64,000 nucleotides of DNA from Eutreptiella sp. 'Long Island Sound 2002' (Eukaryota; Protista; Euglenida). The notes under the pieces were generated by a model that did not search any database, was not told the DNA's origin, and worked only from the letters and a program-made list of their open reading frames with translations. The position numbers were made by a program, and so were the translations under genes. Shown here piece by piece: positions 27,241 to 40,994 of the stretch. The DNA is taken from assembly GCA_964036045.1 (NCBI GenBank), contig OZ038378.1, positions 180,606,001 to 180,670,000 on the forward strand, written 5' to 3'. The stretch's first letter is position 1; each line of letters opens with the position of its first letter.

Positions 27241-28063
27241 TTGGTCGAGGTCGTTTGTGGGGGGGAGGGGTGGGGGAGGAGCCCTTGAAAAATGGTCCAA
27301 CATGCAAAACCTGCAGTGCTGCAGGAAAAGCATTCTCCTCGTTGATTTGTCAAGGCCAGGCTGATCTAAAAATCGCTGGTGATGCGATGTTTGCACCAAG
27401 AAGAGGGTTTCAAATATGCCTGTGGAACGGAATCTGTGGGGAAGCTGCAATGTTGCAGCCGTGTTTGTCCCACTACTCAGCACTGTAGCATAACTGCCCC
27501 CTGGGTGTCAAATCACCTGCCAGCGCTAGAAGATGCCTCACAGTAAGTCACCACCAGACCATGAGGTGCAAGTCACCACAAATGATGTGGGAGTTGCCAC
27601 ACAAGGCCGGGGGGTTCCGGATCACCAAGTGTCACACAGTAGTGGTGCATGCCCACGCATTTTGCCCTTGGTGTGGCTGGTGGAGGGTGCTCCATGGGCC
27701 ATCGCCCAGGTGGTCCCCAACGGTTCTCTTCTCAGGCTGAGGGTCCGGACCCGACTGCCCGACTGGCGATTGGATCTGTGTGTGTGTGCGCGCGCGCGCC
27801 ATCAAAGCTGAGTGAGTATGCCGGGTGGTACTTGCAGGTGTTAATGGGTTGGTTGGTTGTCCATCCACTGGGTTGGGGGTGACGAGGTCAGGTTCAACAA
27901 ATGCGAGAGGTGGGGTGCCTGCTCATGATGCCACTGTAACGATGGCCCCGTTTTGAAATTGCCACACCCAGCGGAATCACTTTGGGGCTGGCGCCTGACA
28001 TTTCGCCTCCCTGTGGGCACATACCTCGGTTTTCGATTGGGAGGGGTGGATTTATCAGAAGGG

Positions 28064-28101
<38 letters not shown>

Positions 28102-28159
28102 GTGCAAATTGTGGTGTGTTGGGGGGTCCACCAGTTGGATCGGTGTGGGCTGATTGGAT

Positions 28160-28760
28160 CGGGGGGGGGGGGGGGGATGGGCCGCGCTGGAAGCACTGCT
28201 CCACTGCAAACAGCGGGCGTTGATACGGTGCTGATGAGGACCCGTGCAACTGAGCAGGCCTGTGCTGGGCAGCAGACAGATGGTAAACGTGGTGTGTAGA
28301 ATATTGAGAGCACGAATACAAATGCGACTGGTGTCCAGTACCATGCCTTTTGCGTGACCTCCTTGTGGCCCGAAGTCAATGCGGATCCGAGTGGAATGCC
28401 TGTCCCACTGCTCCACATTGCTGCATCATGCTCCCGTGGCACCCACTGCCCTGCCAGCGCAGGCAGAGGCTTCCGATTCAGTCACCCCCAGGCCACGAGG
28501 CTCGGAAGGCGCTCTTGAGCACAAATGCTGCAATCGTCACAAAAGGCCAGAGCGTTCGGATCACCAAGTGTAACACATTGGCGGTGCGCTGCGCTTCCCA
28601 GCATTTCGCTGGTGGAGTGTGCTCCATGTGCCATCAGCCGGGCAATCCCTGGCGGTTCTGTACTCAGGCTTGCGTCGGGGATGTGGGGTTGATCCAGATG
28701 GGCAATGGGGGCCGCCGGTCTATACCCACGTACAACTACAAGCACAATTTCAATTCAAGT
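28160..28760 (+). pseudogene. Probable 3' fragment of a decayed retroelement; related shorter fragment at about 27600-27720
   Basis: Both fragments share GGATCACCAAGTGTNACAC and RITKC-type Cys-rich translations. No catalytic motif is visible. Confidence 0.3.
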
Positions 28761-31700
28761 CAGACACATCCGGCTGATAGACAAACAAAGTGGACGGAAT
28801 GACTGACCAACCCACCACACTAGAATTCATGACTGTCGGTGGACAGCAAAAGCGCAAAAAAAAGTACTTGCTCAGTTGATCCTCGCTGAATGCGCCCCAA
28901 AAACATTCTATTGCCTGAGAATGCAACCCAAAGTGGATGGCGGACTGCACACAGCGGAGAATCCTGGGCGCCCTTGGGGTGTACACACCGGGGCAGAACA
29001 TTTCACACTGTAGAAATGTGTCAGGGCTCCACAAAGGCTGGTTGGGTACCGTGCAGTACAGCCGGTGTCCAGTGCCTTGTCTGCTGTGTGAGCTGCTTGT
29101 AGGTGGAGGTCCGTTCAGTGCGGTGCGACCTGCGTTTGTTGTTGGCTGAGGTCTTGTGGGATAGAGTGGGATGTCTGTCCCAAGGCTCTCCATGGCAACA
29201 CTGCCCCCTTGGCGTCCACACTGACCGGCTTCAAATGCGGTCATTTCCGAGGGTCCTCTCGACCACATCTAACGACAGACGCTGCAGTTTCAGGCTTGTG
29301 CGCACGGTGGGGGAGGGGCGAGGTCTGTGGCGTTTGATTGTACTTTTGGGCACCTTCAAACTCCCTACTCCCGACCCTTGCGACAGAAGTAGGGCAATGA
29401 GGGCGACACTGGCTGCAGTTAGGGGGCATCCTCGGGCGAGGGGCGGAGGGCGGGGGGGTGGATGGATACAAACGAACCGATTGTGTACATGCATCTATCC
29501 TCAGCTCAAGTTGCAGGGGCAGCTGGTGCATACCTCAGGCTGCGGACTGTGCTCCTTAGCATAGCTTGCATCTGCCACAAGCTGTGCAGCAACGGACAAG
29601 AAGCAAAAAGAGGAGACTTGGTGGAGTGAGACGTGAAGAGAGGGAATTGGATGAGCCGTGGACAACCGCTGGCCGCAACGCAAACGCGGCGATGCACATG
29701 TGACTTCGATGATGATAGGCCCCAGACAATGAAACAGGCAAGACACATACAACCACCAGAACTGCCCAACCCCAGAGCCCATAACAGTGTCAGGCTGCAA
29801 GTATTTGAGGTTGAAAAGCACACTTTGCCACATCGCACAAAGCATTATATTTTGAGCAGCGCAACAATTGGCTGGTTCGGCTTCTTTGTGGCAGATCACC
29901 TGCGGCAGATCACCCGTTACAGGGGTGGGCGGGATTTTGTACTGGGACTATTTTGCCAGCGAAAATTTCGTGGGGGAAAAACTTCGCCCCCTCTTGGAAT
30001 TCCCAAAGCTCCAACTACCTCACGTAACCTAATGCACAAGCCCATGCTCTGCTCAGAGTGGAAAGAGTTGCAAATCACTAAAAGCAGCATTAGTTCACAC
30101 CATCTGAAAGAAGCTGATTTCCAAACACTTGCCCAAAAAGGAAAACGGGTAAACACAAAAAGTGGGGGGGCTGGACGAAAAAGGAGTAAATGGAGAAATA
30201 TGGATGCAAACAGTCACCGGTGTGGAGGTTTGGCATTACCTACCCCAGGTCAAGGCCCCTTAACTACCGGGTGCTTAACTACTGGGGGGTATCCTAATCA
30301 GAGACTCCCTGCAGTTTCTCAGGCGTTAGTTTGCTTCTACAATACAAATGCGGCTCAGAGCCGACGATAGTCTCCAGCACGGCAATTTGCCAAGGAAAGC
30401 CTTACGCCACCCGGGTTCTGCCTCTCCTGGCTGACATGGGCAATCTGACTGAATGACCCGCACGTCGATATCCACCGTTCGCTTGGGTGCCCATGCAGTT
30501 GATGCAGTGCACACCATTGCACGTGCGCACACCCTCTCTGGTAGAACAGACCCTGGTGGCACACCACCCTCCACAGCCAGACAACACCTGCCTCCCGCCG
30601 CACACCAAACCCTTAGCCCAAGGGACCCACTTGTGTCCCTGACGTTGCTGCCATTTCCCGACCTAATATTAAGGCATCCTCCAATTCTATCAACAACAAG
30701 GGTCGCTCCCACTCGCTCTTGATTCAGTTATTGCAATAAGAGGGGGTGTTGTAACTGGGAAAGATTGTGCTGTGATCTTAGGAAACACCGGGCTAACCTA
30801 CCCCCCCCACACACACCCCTGTTCTACACAAGTGCAAAAAAGAACTTGCATTTCCCCTGACTGTTGCTCATCTTAACCATTTCACAGGCCAGTCTTCCTG
30901 CAGACTTCCAAAAGTGAGGGGTCAACCTCAATGGACTGCACAGAATCGCAAAACGCCCCCAGGTGTGGGTTTGCTGCAGGTATGGACAAAAGCAGGGGTT
31001 GAGCCATGGGCGTGCACAACCACATGAGATTGGATCATGAGGCCAGTTTGAGCAATTGTCAGCGGCAAGCTTTGCCACCTCAACCGTGCCAGCAGCATGC
31101 CTTGCATGTCGGCCTCCAACCATGGTACAGGCACGCTCTGCGAAGAAACCACGCCTCCCTCCACAGAACCAAAAGACACCATTGTGCTAAAATGTTCCGT
31201 GCTACGTCAGAGGCGCAGTGTAGAATGCAGCTCTATGTCGAACAGTATGACACGTGGCTATGGGGTGTGAAATGTTTTACTTGTTTGTACGTGTCAGTAT
31301 CAGTGTTAGTGTCAGCGTCACTGTCTTTGTCATTCTAGACTATCAGTCTCTATTGCACCACGCCAAAGGATAGCCAACCTTCCCTGTCGCAGAGAGAAAG
31401 ACAAAGCATGTTAATCTCTCGAATGGATCTGCTTGCAGACCAACTAATGGCGGCGAGGGACCCGACTGTGGCAGTAATTGCAGCCCTACGAATGGCGGTG
31501 GACCTCGACACTTTGCAATAAAACACAAAGGCAAATCTTCCTGACGTCCTGGAATATGCACGGACCCACGGCATGGCCCCAGGAAACAACGGACCTTAGC
31601 GAGATGGCCAGCCAGTACACGATGGGAGGCCTCTTGCAGTATGTCCACCAGGGTGGAGACCTTATCAGAGTCCCCTTTGGTGTGAGATAGCAGGTACTGT

Positions 31701-34700
31701 GCAGCCTCCTGGTATACTTGGGCATAGAAGTAGGCTGCAAAACATGTACACAGAGTGTGTGGGGTACTGGGAAGCCATCTCAGCCAGAGGTGGATGGACC
31801 TCCACTCTGGGGGGGGGGGGGGGGGGTGATGGAGCCCTTTGGCTGGACCCCTCGGCCCGGAACAAAATGGCTCAATTGACAGGACTTCCCAAAATCAACA
31901 GGCAGAAGGCGAGATCCCACGGCTGTCCCATGGGCCAGAAGGTGGTGGGTGGGGGGGCAGGGGGTTGGAACGGGAGGGGGACACTTACTTGGGGGTCAGG
32001 GCTTGGTCAAACCCTAACCCTAACCCTTGTTGGGGATAGGGTCAGTGATCGATGGCAGGCATCGAATCACATTCCCTGGGGAGAAGCGTACACTGTATCA
32101 TTCCAGCAAAATATGATGGACACGCATGCACCATAAAATTTTTGGTGGTAGGCCACCAAGGACCAAATTCTCCTCCTGGGGCCTGCGGCGCCAATGGAGA
32201 TAATGTTCCCTGTCAATTGAGCCCCTTTCCCTAACCCCCCCGCCAGCTTTTGGGGGCTCTATTGATCCCTCCCCGCTCCCCCCCCCCGAGTGAACGTCCA
32301 ACTTCCCCAGCAACCCTAAGAAGGAGCAGGGGAAAGGAAGGTGCACGTGACTACGTCCCACCCCATTTGGCAAAAACATCAAAACCATAAAAATCAAAGA
32401 AGGAAAAAAGAGAGACACCCCCTGTGACAATACCGCCGCCTCGAAAAGTTGTCGAAGGCGGAGAAAAGCAACAAGACACTGACAGTTGGAGCCGAAAGCA
32501 TTGCTTCAATCAGAAACTCCAAGAAGATTCATTCCAACTGTGTATGCCATGCTCAATGTTCAATGTGCAATGCAAAATTCAGTTCTCAGTCCGTCCTCCA
32601 GGATGCCCTAATCTGTTTTTCAACGTTTCCATGTTGGAAAAACTCGCTGAGGTTTTGTGTGCGTTGTTGCGGGTTGCTGGGTGTCCCCAAGGGTTCAGAA
32701 CGGCCTGTTCGGAGTCGGTGAGGGTGGTTGAGGATTGCAAAGGGATGCTAAGGGTGGCTGAATTGACACTGGTTGCTGAGCATAACCGTCCCTGCCCACC
32801 TCCTTCTCGATCGTGTTTGAAAGGGGGAGGGGGGGGGGAGCATGAAACCACTCGTTTTGGGCATTGAATTACATAAACTGACGGCAAAGAAAGGATGTAA
32901 AATGCAACCAAATGCGCCCAAGCAGAAAAGAAAATCGGAAGCTTCAATGACAGGGATGCTGGTTCAGCCGATCAGTTTGCACAACGGGCACATGCGCGTC
33001 GAAACGGAATCCATCTGGGCGAACTACGGCACACACAAATGCGACACACACTTGCGCAGCATGAAAAAGTCAAGGTACAATCCGCGTCGGAGTAAGATGC
33101 CGCGGCGCTCTTGCATACGCACGCACGGTCGCAAAATTGCAGCCAAAAAGTGGGTGGGTTGAGGGTTGGCGCTGCACCACACACATATCTCTCGGGGACA
33201 GTAACATTTGTGCCAACACAGAGGGTTTTCGAGGATCGGTGCCATTGTCGCCTCATTTGTGTCCACTGAGTGCTCCGAGGCAGGGGTATGTGGGAATATT
33301 CGGAAAGCCCTTGAAAAAGGCTATTTGGAACACCCTGGGTTTGCATGCTGTACTGACGGTATGTTTGACATTTTCGTCCGTTTTGGACGATGCCCGTGTT
33401 GCTTGCTGCCTCTTTTTGTCAACAGGCAGCCACCATGTCCGCATATAAATTCACTCCACAGGCTGTTACCTCCCCAGATGCACCCCAGAAACCTTTGGTT
33501 CGCAAAAGAGCACGCTCTGGGGGTGCAAAGTGGGTGCAATTTAGCCGGCGTACATCTGCTAGCTCAGCGAAAAGGCCTCGCACAGCCGGTTCGCAGCAAC
33601 CTGCATGCACCCACAAGGAACACCAAACAGCGAAATGTGGACTTCACAACTGACGGCCTGTGGGCCATGCCTCTCAATACAGGGTGGGTGCCTGTGAAAG
33701 CACGCAGGCTGCAGGACGCGGGAAAATTGAACAAATATGTTCCCATTTACAACAAGCAGTGCCCCAATGGGTTCCCAGCCCTTGTGGAGAGGGACAACAG
33801 TGGCGACGATTCGGGTCGTCCCCTGTGCATTGCTCCGCCCTGTGTGTGGTCCAATTTCCAGCTCTGTGCTCAAAAATGTGACCACCTACCCCCCCCAAAC
33901 CCATAAATTTCTGAAATGGCCTTTCCTCACGGATTTCCAAAAGTATCCACATAATCCCCCCCCAGGGAACAATATTTTGGCGCATCGGACAGAAAATCCA
34001 AAAAAAATGTCAAAAATTAAAAAACCCACCGAGTTGGCACATGCTGGACAGCCCCCGAGAGATACACAAATCCATAGCATAAGCAGAGCATACCCCGGGT
34101 GCGCCCACGCAAATGCACCGATAACTCGGCCACAGCGGCAAATATGTCCCCTTGGCTCCGTGCACAGCGCTTAGGTGCAGGCCGTGCCACAGGGCGCTTA
34201 CGCACGAAGCCCAAGGCACTGACGAGCGTGTCCACCAAACGAATGCCAGCGGCATCCGCGTGGCTTCGATTCAGGGCGAAGGCCATCCCCTACAAAAGCA
34301 GCAAAAACGCGGTACCGTTACCGCAGCGGTGTGCGTGGCAACAAAGTGCACAGGAGGTGTTTTGGTGCAATGCACCTGCACACAGAACTGTTATTGTCTC
34401 AGCCAACAACAGATCCCCGTTTCATTCGGAGCATTTTGAATACACACAAGTCCGCGGGTTAAAATCTCAGTTTACCATTTACCACAAATGGGGGAAAAGT
34501 GGGGGGGGGGGGGGATCCTGTGCCCGGTACAAAGAGGCCAAAAAAATGTTCCGAGCGCCGTTGGTGCACAAGTCGGTTGTGCCTCATTGTTCACTGCGGG
34601 TGTGGGTTTGGGGTCCTGAAGGCGTTTCGAGGTGCGCATGGGGGGGAAGGGGCGAAGGAGGGGGCCGCAAAAGATCAGATCATGCAATGACCCCCAGCCG

Positions 34701-35220
34701 TGCCTGCCACCACGGGCTTCGTCGCTCTCGGTTTCTTGAGTCAAGATTCAGCGTGCGCCGCTTTGGGTTTTTCGTGTTGAGCTGGCAGAGAGGCAAATGC
34801 CCGTCTCTTATGATCAATCTGTGCGCCTGCGCTGTATGTGTGGACTCTGCAGTCAGTTTTGCAGGCAAAACTTGTATGTCTACTCGGCGGATCGGCCGGG
34901 TTCAAGGTTGAAGGGACACAGACCAAAGCCAGGGGTTGATGAGCCGATTTGCGAACCAAAAATGGCCGACACACAAATCCAAGGCTGCACATCCAGCCGC
35001 ACTCCACGCGTGTGGTTTGCAAATTGGGCACCTGCCTTCGGGCAAAGCGCGACGACCACGACCGCCAATATCGTCGTCCATGGGGCACCTGCCTCTATCG
35101 GCTTCGTAAAGCACATACTTGTTTGGGGTCCTCCAAGCGGCAACGCTGCCCTATGGCCGGCGAGGGGTGTGGGGGTGTGGGGGTGTGGGGGTGTGGGTGG
35201 GAGCGAGACGTCGCGCATAC

Positions 35221-35349
35221 CATCAGCTGGTACCACTGGCTGCGTGTTGCTCGTACTTGTCACTGCATCCCACTTGCGTCGCTTCATGCCCTCGTACTTC
35301 TTGTGGACACCCACAGAAGCCGATGCAATCGACGACCTACTGCAAGACC
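35221..35349 (-). CDS. Probable internal exon (SCSRSSIASASVGVHKKYEGMKRRKWDAVTSTSNTQPVVPAD)
   Basis: CAG acceptor, GTATGC donor, open frame. Confidence 0.45.
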
Positions 35350-35869
35350 CTGCGTCTTTGCCAGTGTTATGGGTTGCGTGATGCACATCCGTCGGCCCCC
35401 GACAGTGATACCGGCCGATACCAGTCCAACGTATCCATCTTGCACCCTCCGCCTACTCCGCACCGTTGGTAGTGGCTCTCGGCGATAGCCCAGCGATTGG
35501 CATGTGCGTCCACGCTACAGGTCAGACGGACGCTCCAGACATTTTGTAGTCCAGGTTTCCATTGCTGTTGAAGCCTTCATTCAATACAGAGCAGTCCCCT
35601 GTTTCTCATTTGCATTTGCCAGTTGTCTACCCACCCCTCCGTTCAAAAGGACCTCTTGCTCTTGGGTCCCAACATTCTATGATGCCGAGATCACTCTGGC
35701 GATCCATTTCTCAACCGGCGCCAACGTGTCAGTGCCAGTGTGATGCTGTCCTTGCAGCAGACTGTCAACGTCATCTCTGATTGCACTGGAGAATCTCTGG
35801 GAGGCTCACCGCAAAAGAGAACGCAGCATGACACATCCACATGAGCCAGGCTCTGGCTGCATGACATAC

Positions 35870-35986
35870 CAAGCCCATGGCCCTTTCGATGCCGGTGGTG
35901 AACTCGAAGGGGAAGGTGCCAAGAAGCTGTTGGCACAAAGATTGCCAATGACCATGCAACTCTTGGACCACGCCTGCAGCATCATC
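35870..35986 (-). CDS. Probable internal exon, 39 codons (DDAAGVVQELHGHWQSLCQQLLGTFPFEFTTGIERAMGL)
   Basis: CCCCACAG acceptor, GTATGT donor, phase 0-0, open frame. Confidence 0.55.
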
Positions 35987-37885
35987 CTGTGGGGAAGCGA
36001 AGCAATGATCAACTGGTAAATGCATACGGCAGATGCACTGCAATACATGGCGCCGATAAAAGTGACACGGACTGCAAGATGACGCATGTGGCCGGTAAAA
36101 TATGCCTCCTGCTTGTACAAGGGCGTATATAAGGAAACGCAGACGGGCCTCCAGAAAGCAGCCAACTCAGTGTAATTTGCGCGGACGTGCAGGTCGTTGG
36201 CATGTCACAGGAGTAAGTCAGAGGCGGATATGTGTCGGATATGTATCAAGCCCATGATTCTTGGGGGTTGCGCCTCCTAACATTTAGAGTATGTTCCTCC
36301 CATGAATGCACCTGAACATACGCACGCGGATGCTACCTACGTGCTGTTTCAGGAAGCCCTTCATATTATGCGGATTGTCCCCTTTTGTCTACCGACCACT
36401 TTCAACTATTGACCGACAGCTCTCCTGCAGCCATTGAACTATCAGCAGTTTTGAATGCCGGCCCACTACTACCTGTTCCGATGCAGGCATCAAAGGCTGT
36501 GAACGCAAATTACTTTGTAGCTCCAGCTCCAACTCTGGCTCCAATTCCAGGACCAGTGCTAGCCCCACCACACCTCTACTCCGAAGCCCATCTCTAATGG
36601 GTCATGGGTCCTTCCCTTCGCGTTTCTTCTTGCAAGCCCTGGATGGCATGGCTGCAATGAATTGCACATTCGCACCCATTCTGGTTCTGTTGCTCCATCT
36701 CCATCAACTGGCCTGCAGCGATGGTGTTGGGGCATGCGTACGAAAACCATTTCAATGCAAACCTACGCAGTGGACTGTTTCGTGAATGATGCCATACCTT
36801 GCAATCAGTTTGGAGGAGATTGTGGATACGCTCCTGCACCCCATCCTTCACGAAGTGGTACACTGTGACGCGCAGAGTGGGTGCAGCCTGATCCATGTGG
36901 GACGTTGACCACTCAGATAAATCTGTGAGAGGAAACCATCAGGCTGGAGGCTGACAGGCACGCGCAATGTTTTGTATGTCAAAAACTGGGATGCAGAATT
37001 CCACATATGCTGCCACTTGGTTTGCTTATGGCAAGATATAAAAGCAATGCAGGCTTCATGGACATCCATGTCAGTCATAGGGTCTCAGCTGCACCTCATT
37101 CATGCCGAAAACCGCAGTCATCATTGCAGCCACCCCTGTGCGGATGAGCTAATCGTTGCAACGTGGTTCTAGGCCTATAGAAGGGGGAAACTGTTCGGAA
37201 CCCCCTGCTTATCACTGCCATGTCAGGCCATGCCCCTGCATGCCGGGGGGCGTCCAAATATACCATACCTCAAAATGAGCACCACATTGGGTTGATCATT
37301 CTGATATCATTTTATATATTGGGTGCTTTTTCAGGGAGAGGGAAGCCGGCCAACATCGAAATATTTCCTTGTAGCGCGTTCGGCGCCAGTGGTGATGTCA
37401 GGGTCAAGAAAGGTTCTTTGGGAAACTAAGTATGGCCCTAGGCCGAGGCGGGAAGCAGTGGGGGCTCGCGTCGAGGAACCGACCCCCCCCCCCGGCGTGT
37501 GGCGCACTAACCTCCAGCACCGCAGTGTAAAACCTGCCCACTTTCCATTCTGAAGCATGTGCAGCACTTCAGCATCTGCTTCAGTGCTAGATGAAGTTGG
37601 AAAAGGTGATTTCCCCGTCCCCACGGTCAGTTCCGCAGCATCTGCCACAGAGATGCAGCCATGGACATCATAATCCAGCACGCCAAGCTGCTGTAGAAGG
37701 ACCTGCAACAAGAGCAAGCGGACGCAGGGTGTGCACGAGAGACCCTTTGCCATGGACGTTGCGCCCAGGTTGCAGAGGGCCCGGCGCAGGAGGGATCGAG
37801 GCCAAGGAAGGCAAGGGTCAATGTACCGAGAGAAAAAACCAGGGGCCAGGAAACCAGGACTTTGCCTAGTGCAAAGGAAATACCA

Positions 37886-38210
37886 CAGACGGACGCTCCA
37901 GACATTTTGTAGTCCAGGTTTCCATTGCTGTTGAAGCCTTCATTCAATACAGAGCAGTCCCCTGTTTCTCATTTGCATTTGCCAGTTGTCTACCCACCCC
38001 TCCGTTCAAAAGGACCTCTTGCTCTTGGGTCCCAACATTCTATGATGCCAGAGCCTGGCTCATCTGGATGTGTCATCCTGCGTTCTCTTTTGCGGTGAGC
38101 CTCCCAGATATTCTCCAGTGCAATCAGAGATGACGTTGACAGTCTGCTGCAAGGACAGCATCACACTGGCACTGACACGTTGGCGCCGGTTGAGAAATGG
38201 ATCGCCAGAG
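37886..38210. repeat. Near-identical copy of 35523-35857 with the second half inverted
   Basis: 37886-38049 matches 35523-35686 directly. 38047-38210 is the reverse complement of 35694-35857 with about 3 mismatches. Confidence 0.95.
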
Positions 38211-38403
38211 CAAACACATGCCGTCCCATGGGTTTGCGGTCCAAAAGGTCCTACCACTCCCTTGAAATGCGGTTGGCGGGCCCGAAATAAAAATAACATA
38301 CAGCGGGCGTACAAAAGCTGCCATTCTATCATAGAATACGTATCATACAAGACAACTGAAATAACAATCAACTGGTCGTCGCCTGTACCTGTCGGCTGTT
38401 ACC

Positions 38404-38600
38404 GAGTATGAGTATGAGTATGAGTATGAGTATGAGTATGAGTATGGGTATGGGTGTACCCCGGTAGTGGAGGGTAGTTGGGAGGTAGCTGGGTTGGAGC
38501 CGAATACGAACATTCCAGAGTCCGAGGTGGCTAACCACTGAGCTACCTGCGCCCGTGGTGGGCGGTTCCTCCGGGTTCGAACACGACCCTTCTCAGGAAC
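38404..38600 (-). mobile_element. Candidate tRNA-derived SINE with an (ATACTC)n tail
   Basis: On the minus strand: GTGTTCGAACCC, then A-box-like TAGCTCAGTGGTTAG, B-box-like TGTTCGTATTC, ending in a hexamer repeat at 38404-38451. Confidence 0.4.
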
Positions 38601-40269
38601 TCCTCCGTGTGTCACTCAACGGGGAAGGCTGTCACTCAGCTGGGGTAAACTGAGTACCCGTTCCTGTTGGCGCTTCACCGTTGGCGGTTGGGGCTTGCGC
38701 GCCAGTTGGCAACCAACTGCTGGCAGTTGGCAGCCCACCACCCCCGATGGTCCCGGACTTTCCTCAAGCAAAAAAAAAAAATACTGTCTCTGAAAGAACC
38801 CCCCTGGGCCAGACAGGGGGGGGTCATGAATTTCAAGCTGAGAAAATTCCTCGTGATGGATGCCACCAACAGAACCACCACCACCCGCCTTCCCCGAATC
38901 GACGCCCATAAGCGGTCGACATCGGGCATTCACCATCTGCCGCCAGGGGACCACCGCCTGCTGTCGCTTATGCCCTGACCTGCAAAATCGGTAACACGAC
39001 CGGAACGCCACTGCGTGGAGACGTTTTAACAGCGTGAGGCTCAACCTGGTTGCCGAGGGCTTTAAAACTGAAGGTTGGCACTGAAGTGAGCATCCTGCCC
39101 ATCCCCTTTGTGGAAGCACGGGCGAATCTGCGTCGCACACCAATGCCCTGCACCAATGTTGCAACCATCAGGCCCCTGCACGCAGGCCAGCACAGTGTCT
39201 GACACACCAATGCCACTTCCGCACGACGAGCAATGTGCCTGCACCAAGAGCTTGCTTACCCATCCCCCCTGCACCACTACATTACACACCAAGGCTCCAT
39301 CTGCATGACGATCAACGCCTTTACACCAATACCTCACGCACCAATGTCTGCACCAGCATCAAATACACTATTGCCCCATCGCCACTATCTGACACAACTT
39401 TGAAGTGTTGCACAGCTTTGGAGGGCTTGAGAATCGCATTTTTTATATACCCCCGCGCAACGACGGGCGCTGTCAGGTGCGGGGACGATGCCTGCTGTTG
39501 TTCTGGCTTGTCAACGTGTGACATCTCTTCGGACTCAGCCAAGTGGCTTGGACTTCTTGTAGAGTTGACCAAAATCATGTCACATCCATGGGGTTAGGGT
39601 CAGGGGTAGGGCAAGCACAGCAAACGAAACTCTAACTATGCTGCCTCCGACCGCCTCTTTTTCTCATCTCGCACCACCTTCTGCCTCATCTGGCTTCTCC
39701 CTGGCTCGGTGTTGCTTCGACAAAGAGCTGTTTGTGCTCGAGGGGAACTGCACAACCACGTGCCAAACAAATTCCATGCCCGATACCCATCTCCTCTGGC
39801 ACCATGGTGATTTGAAATACTGGTTCAGGAGCATGGGTGTGTGAGATACCATGGAGGGAATATTTTTGGCAAAAAAGTGAGTGGCCGTTATTTGTTTTTG
39901 TCCAGACCAAGGTGACCTGGCGCACCCTGCGCATCACATGGTACTCGAGACAACGTCGCGGAATCAAGGTTCAGAGCTGTCCGGTGCTACGATGATCTCA
40001 CAAATGACTGTGACACGTAGTGAGTGAGTGACCGTTATTGATAGACAGTAGCGCATTTAAAGCAAAGAGTTGTAGTTTTTTGAAGCAACAACAATTTGTC
40101 AATGGGCTGACCGTCTGAAGCACGTCATCACTGAGGAGGTTGCCCGCAAAGCCATGGTTCAGACAAGGGGTGGGGAAAAGCAAATGAAACGGGACCCTCC
40201 GCAGGACCCACCTAGACATGGGCAACCGCGAGGACAGAAAGCACGGCAGCGGCTCAAAGGGACACACAC

Positions 40270-40433
40270 CTCCGACGGCAACATGGAGGGGCGGCCTGTC
40301 TTCACCAGGAGATAGGCCTCTTTCAGAGTCATCTCTTGAAACTTAATGAGGAAAGCCATACATACTGCAGGCGCTATGCTGAGACCGCGTTTATCGTGAA
40401 ATAGACAGCGCTGCCGGCCCTCCAGGGCATGGA
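40270..40433 (-). CDS. Dual-specificity phosphatase-like gene, exon with the degenerate active-site loop
   Basis: HALEGRQRCLFHDKRGLSIAPAVCMAFLIKFQEMTLKEAYLLVKTGRPSMLPSE matches the DSP pattern VLVHCxxGxSRS...AYL...A...VK..RP. TAG acceptor and GT donor, in phase with exon 42850-42905. Confidence 0.8.
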
Positions 40434-40574
40434 CTACAAATGGAAGCACAAATGTTTAAATGGTGGCAGTGCAGCAGTGCACAGCAAGCTGCATTGCAGG
40501 CCCAGGACATTCCCTGATGTCAGGAGGAACAAACAGCCAGGCCCTGCATCAGAGTGGCCCCGTTGCCTCATTGA

Positions 40575-40609
<35 letters not shown>

Positions 40610-40938
40610 ACTTGGCTGACTGTCAGCCTAGTTGACTGACTGAGTGTTCTAGCACTCTCTTCGAGGTGCCTTGCCGGAGGTAAAAGAATCTGAGTGCTGG
40701 GACCTTTTTGCGTGTTTTTGTTGTACTGCATTTTTGAGAAGTTGAACTGCACACTCACCAATGGCCCAGTGCACCGCCCCCGTGCACAATGAAGTGCTGC
40801 CCGTGCGCAATGAGGTGCTGCCCGTGCGCAATGAAGTGCTGCAGTCCCGTGCGCAAAGAAGTGCTGCAGTCAGGCATGCAGGCAGAAACACCCAGGCTCG
40901 ATGTGGTTCTTGAGCGGCAGTATGTTAGTGATGGTGAG

Positions 40939-40994
40939 TGCTCTAGTGGTATGTGCAGTGGTCTCACAAAATAGCAGCCTGGGTTCAGTTCCCA
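40939..40994 (+). pseudogene. tRNA-like remnant (possibly Val-CAC derived) or SINE head
   Basis: CTCTAGTGGTA (A-box-like), CTCACAA anticodon-loop-like and GGGTTCAGTTCCC (B-box-like). The cloverleaf is incomplete. Confidence 0.3.

Noticed and set aside
40790-40870. 21-bp tandem repeat; similar small repeats at 20040-20200, 41405-41445, 46070-46100, 59260-59300
   Set aside because: Ordinary short tandem duplications with no unique spacers or associated genes.
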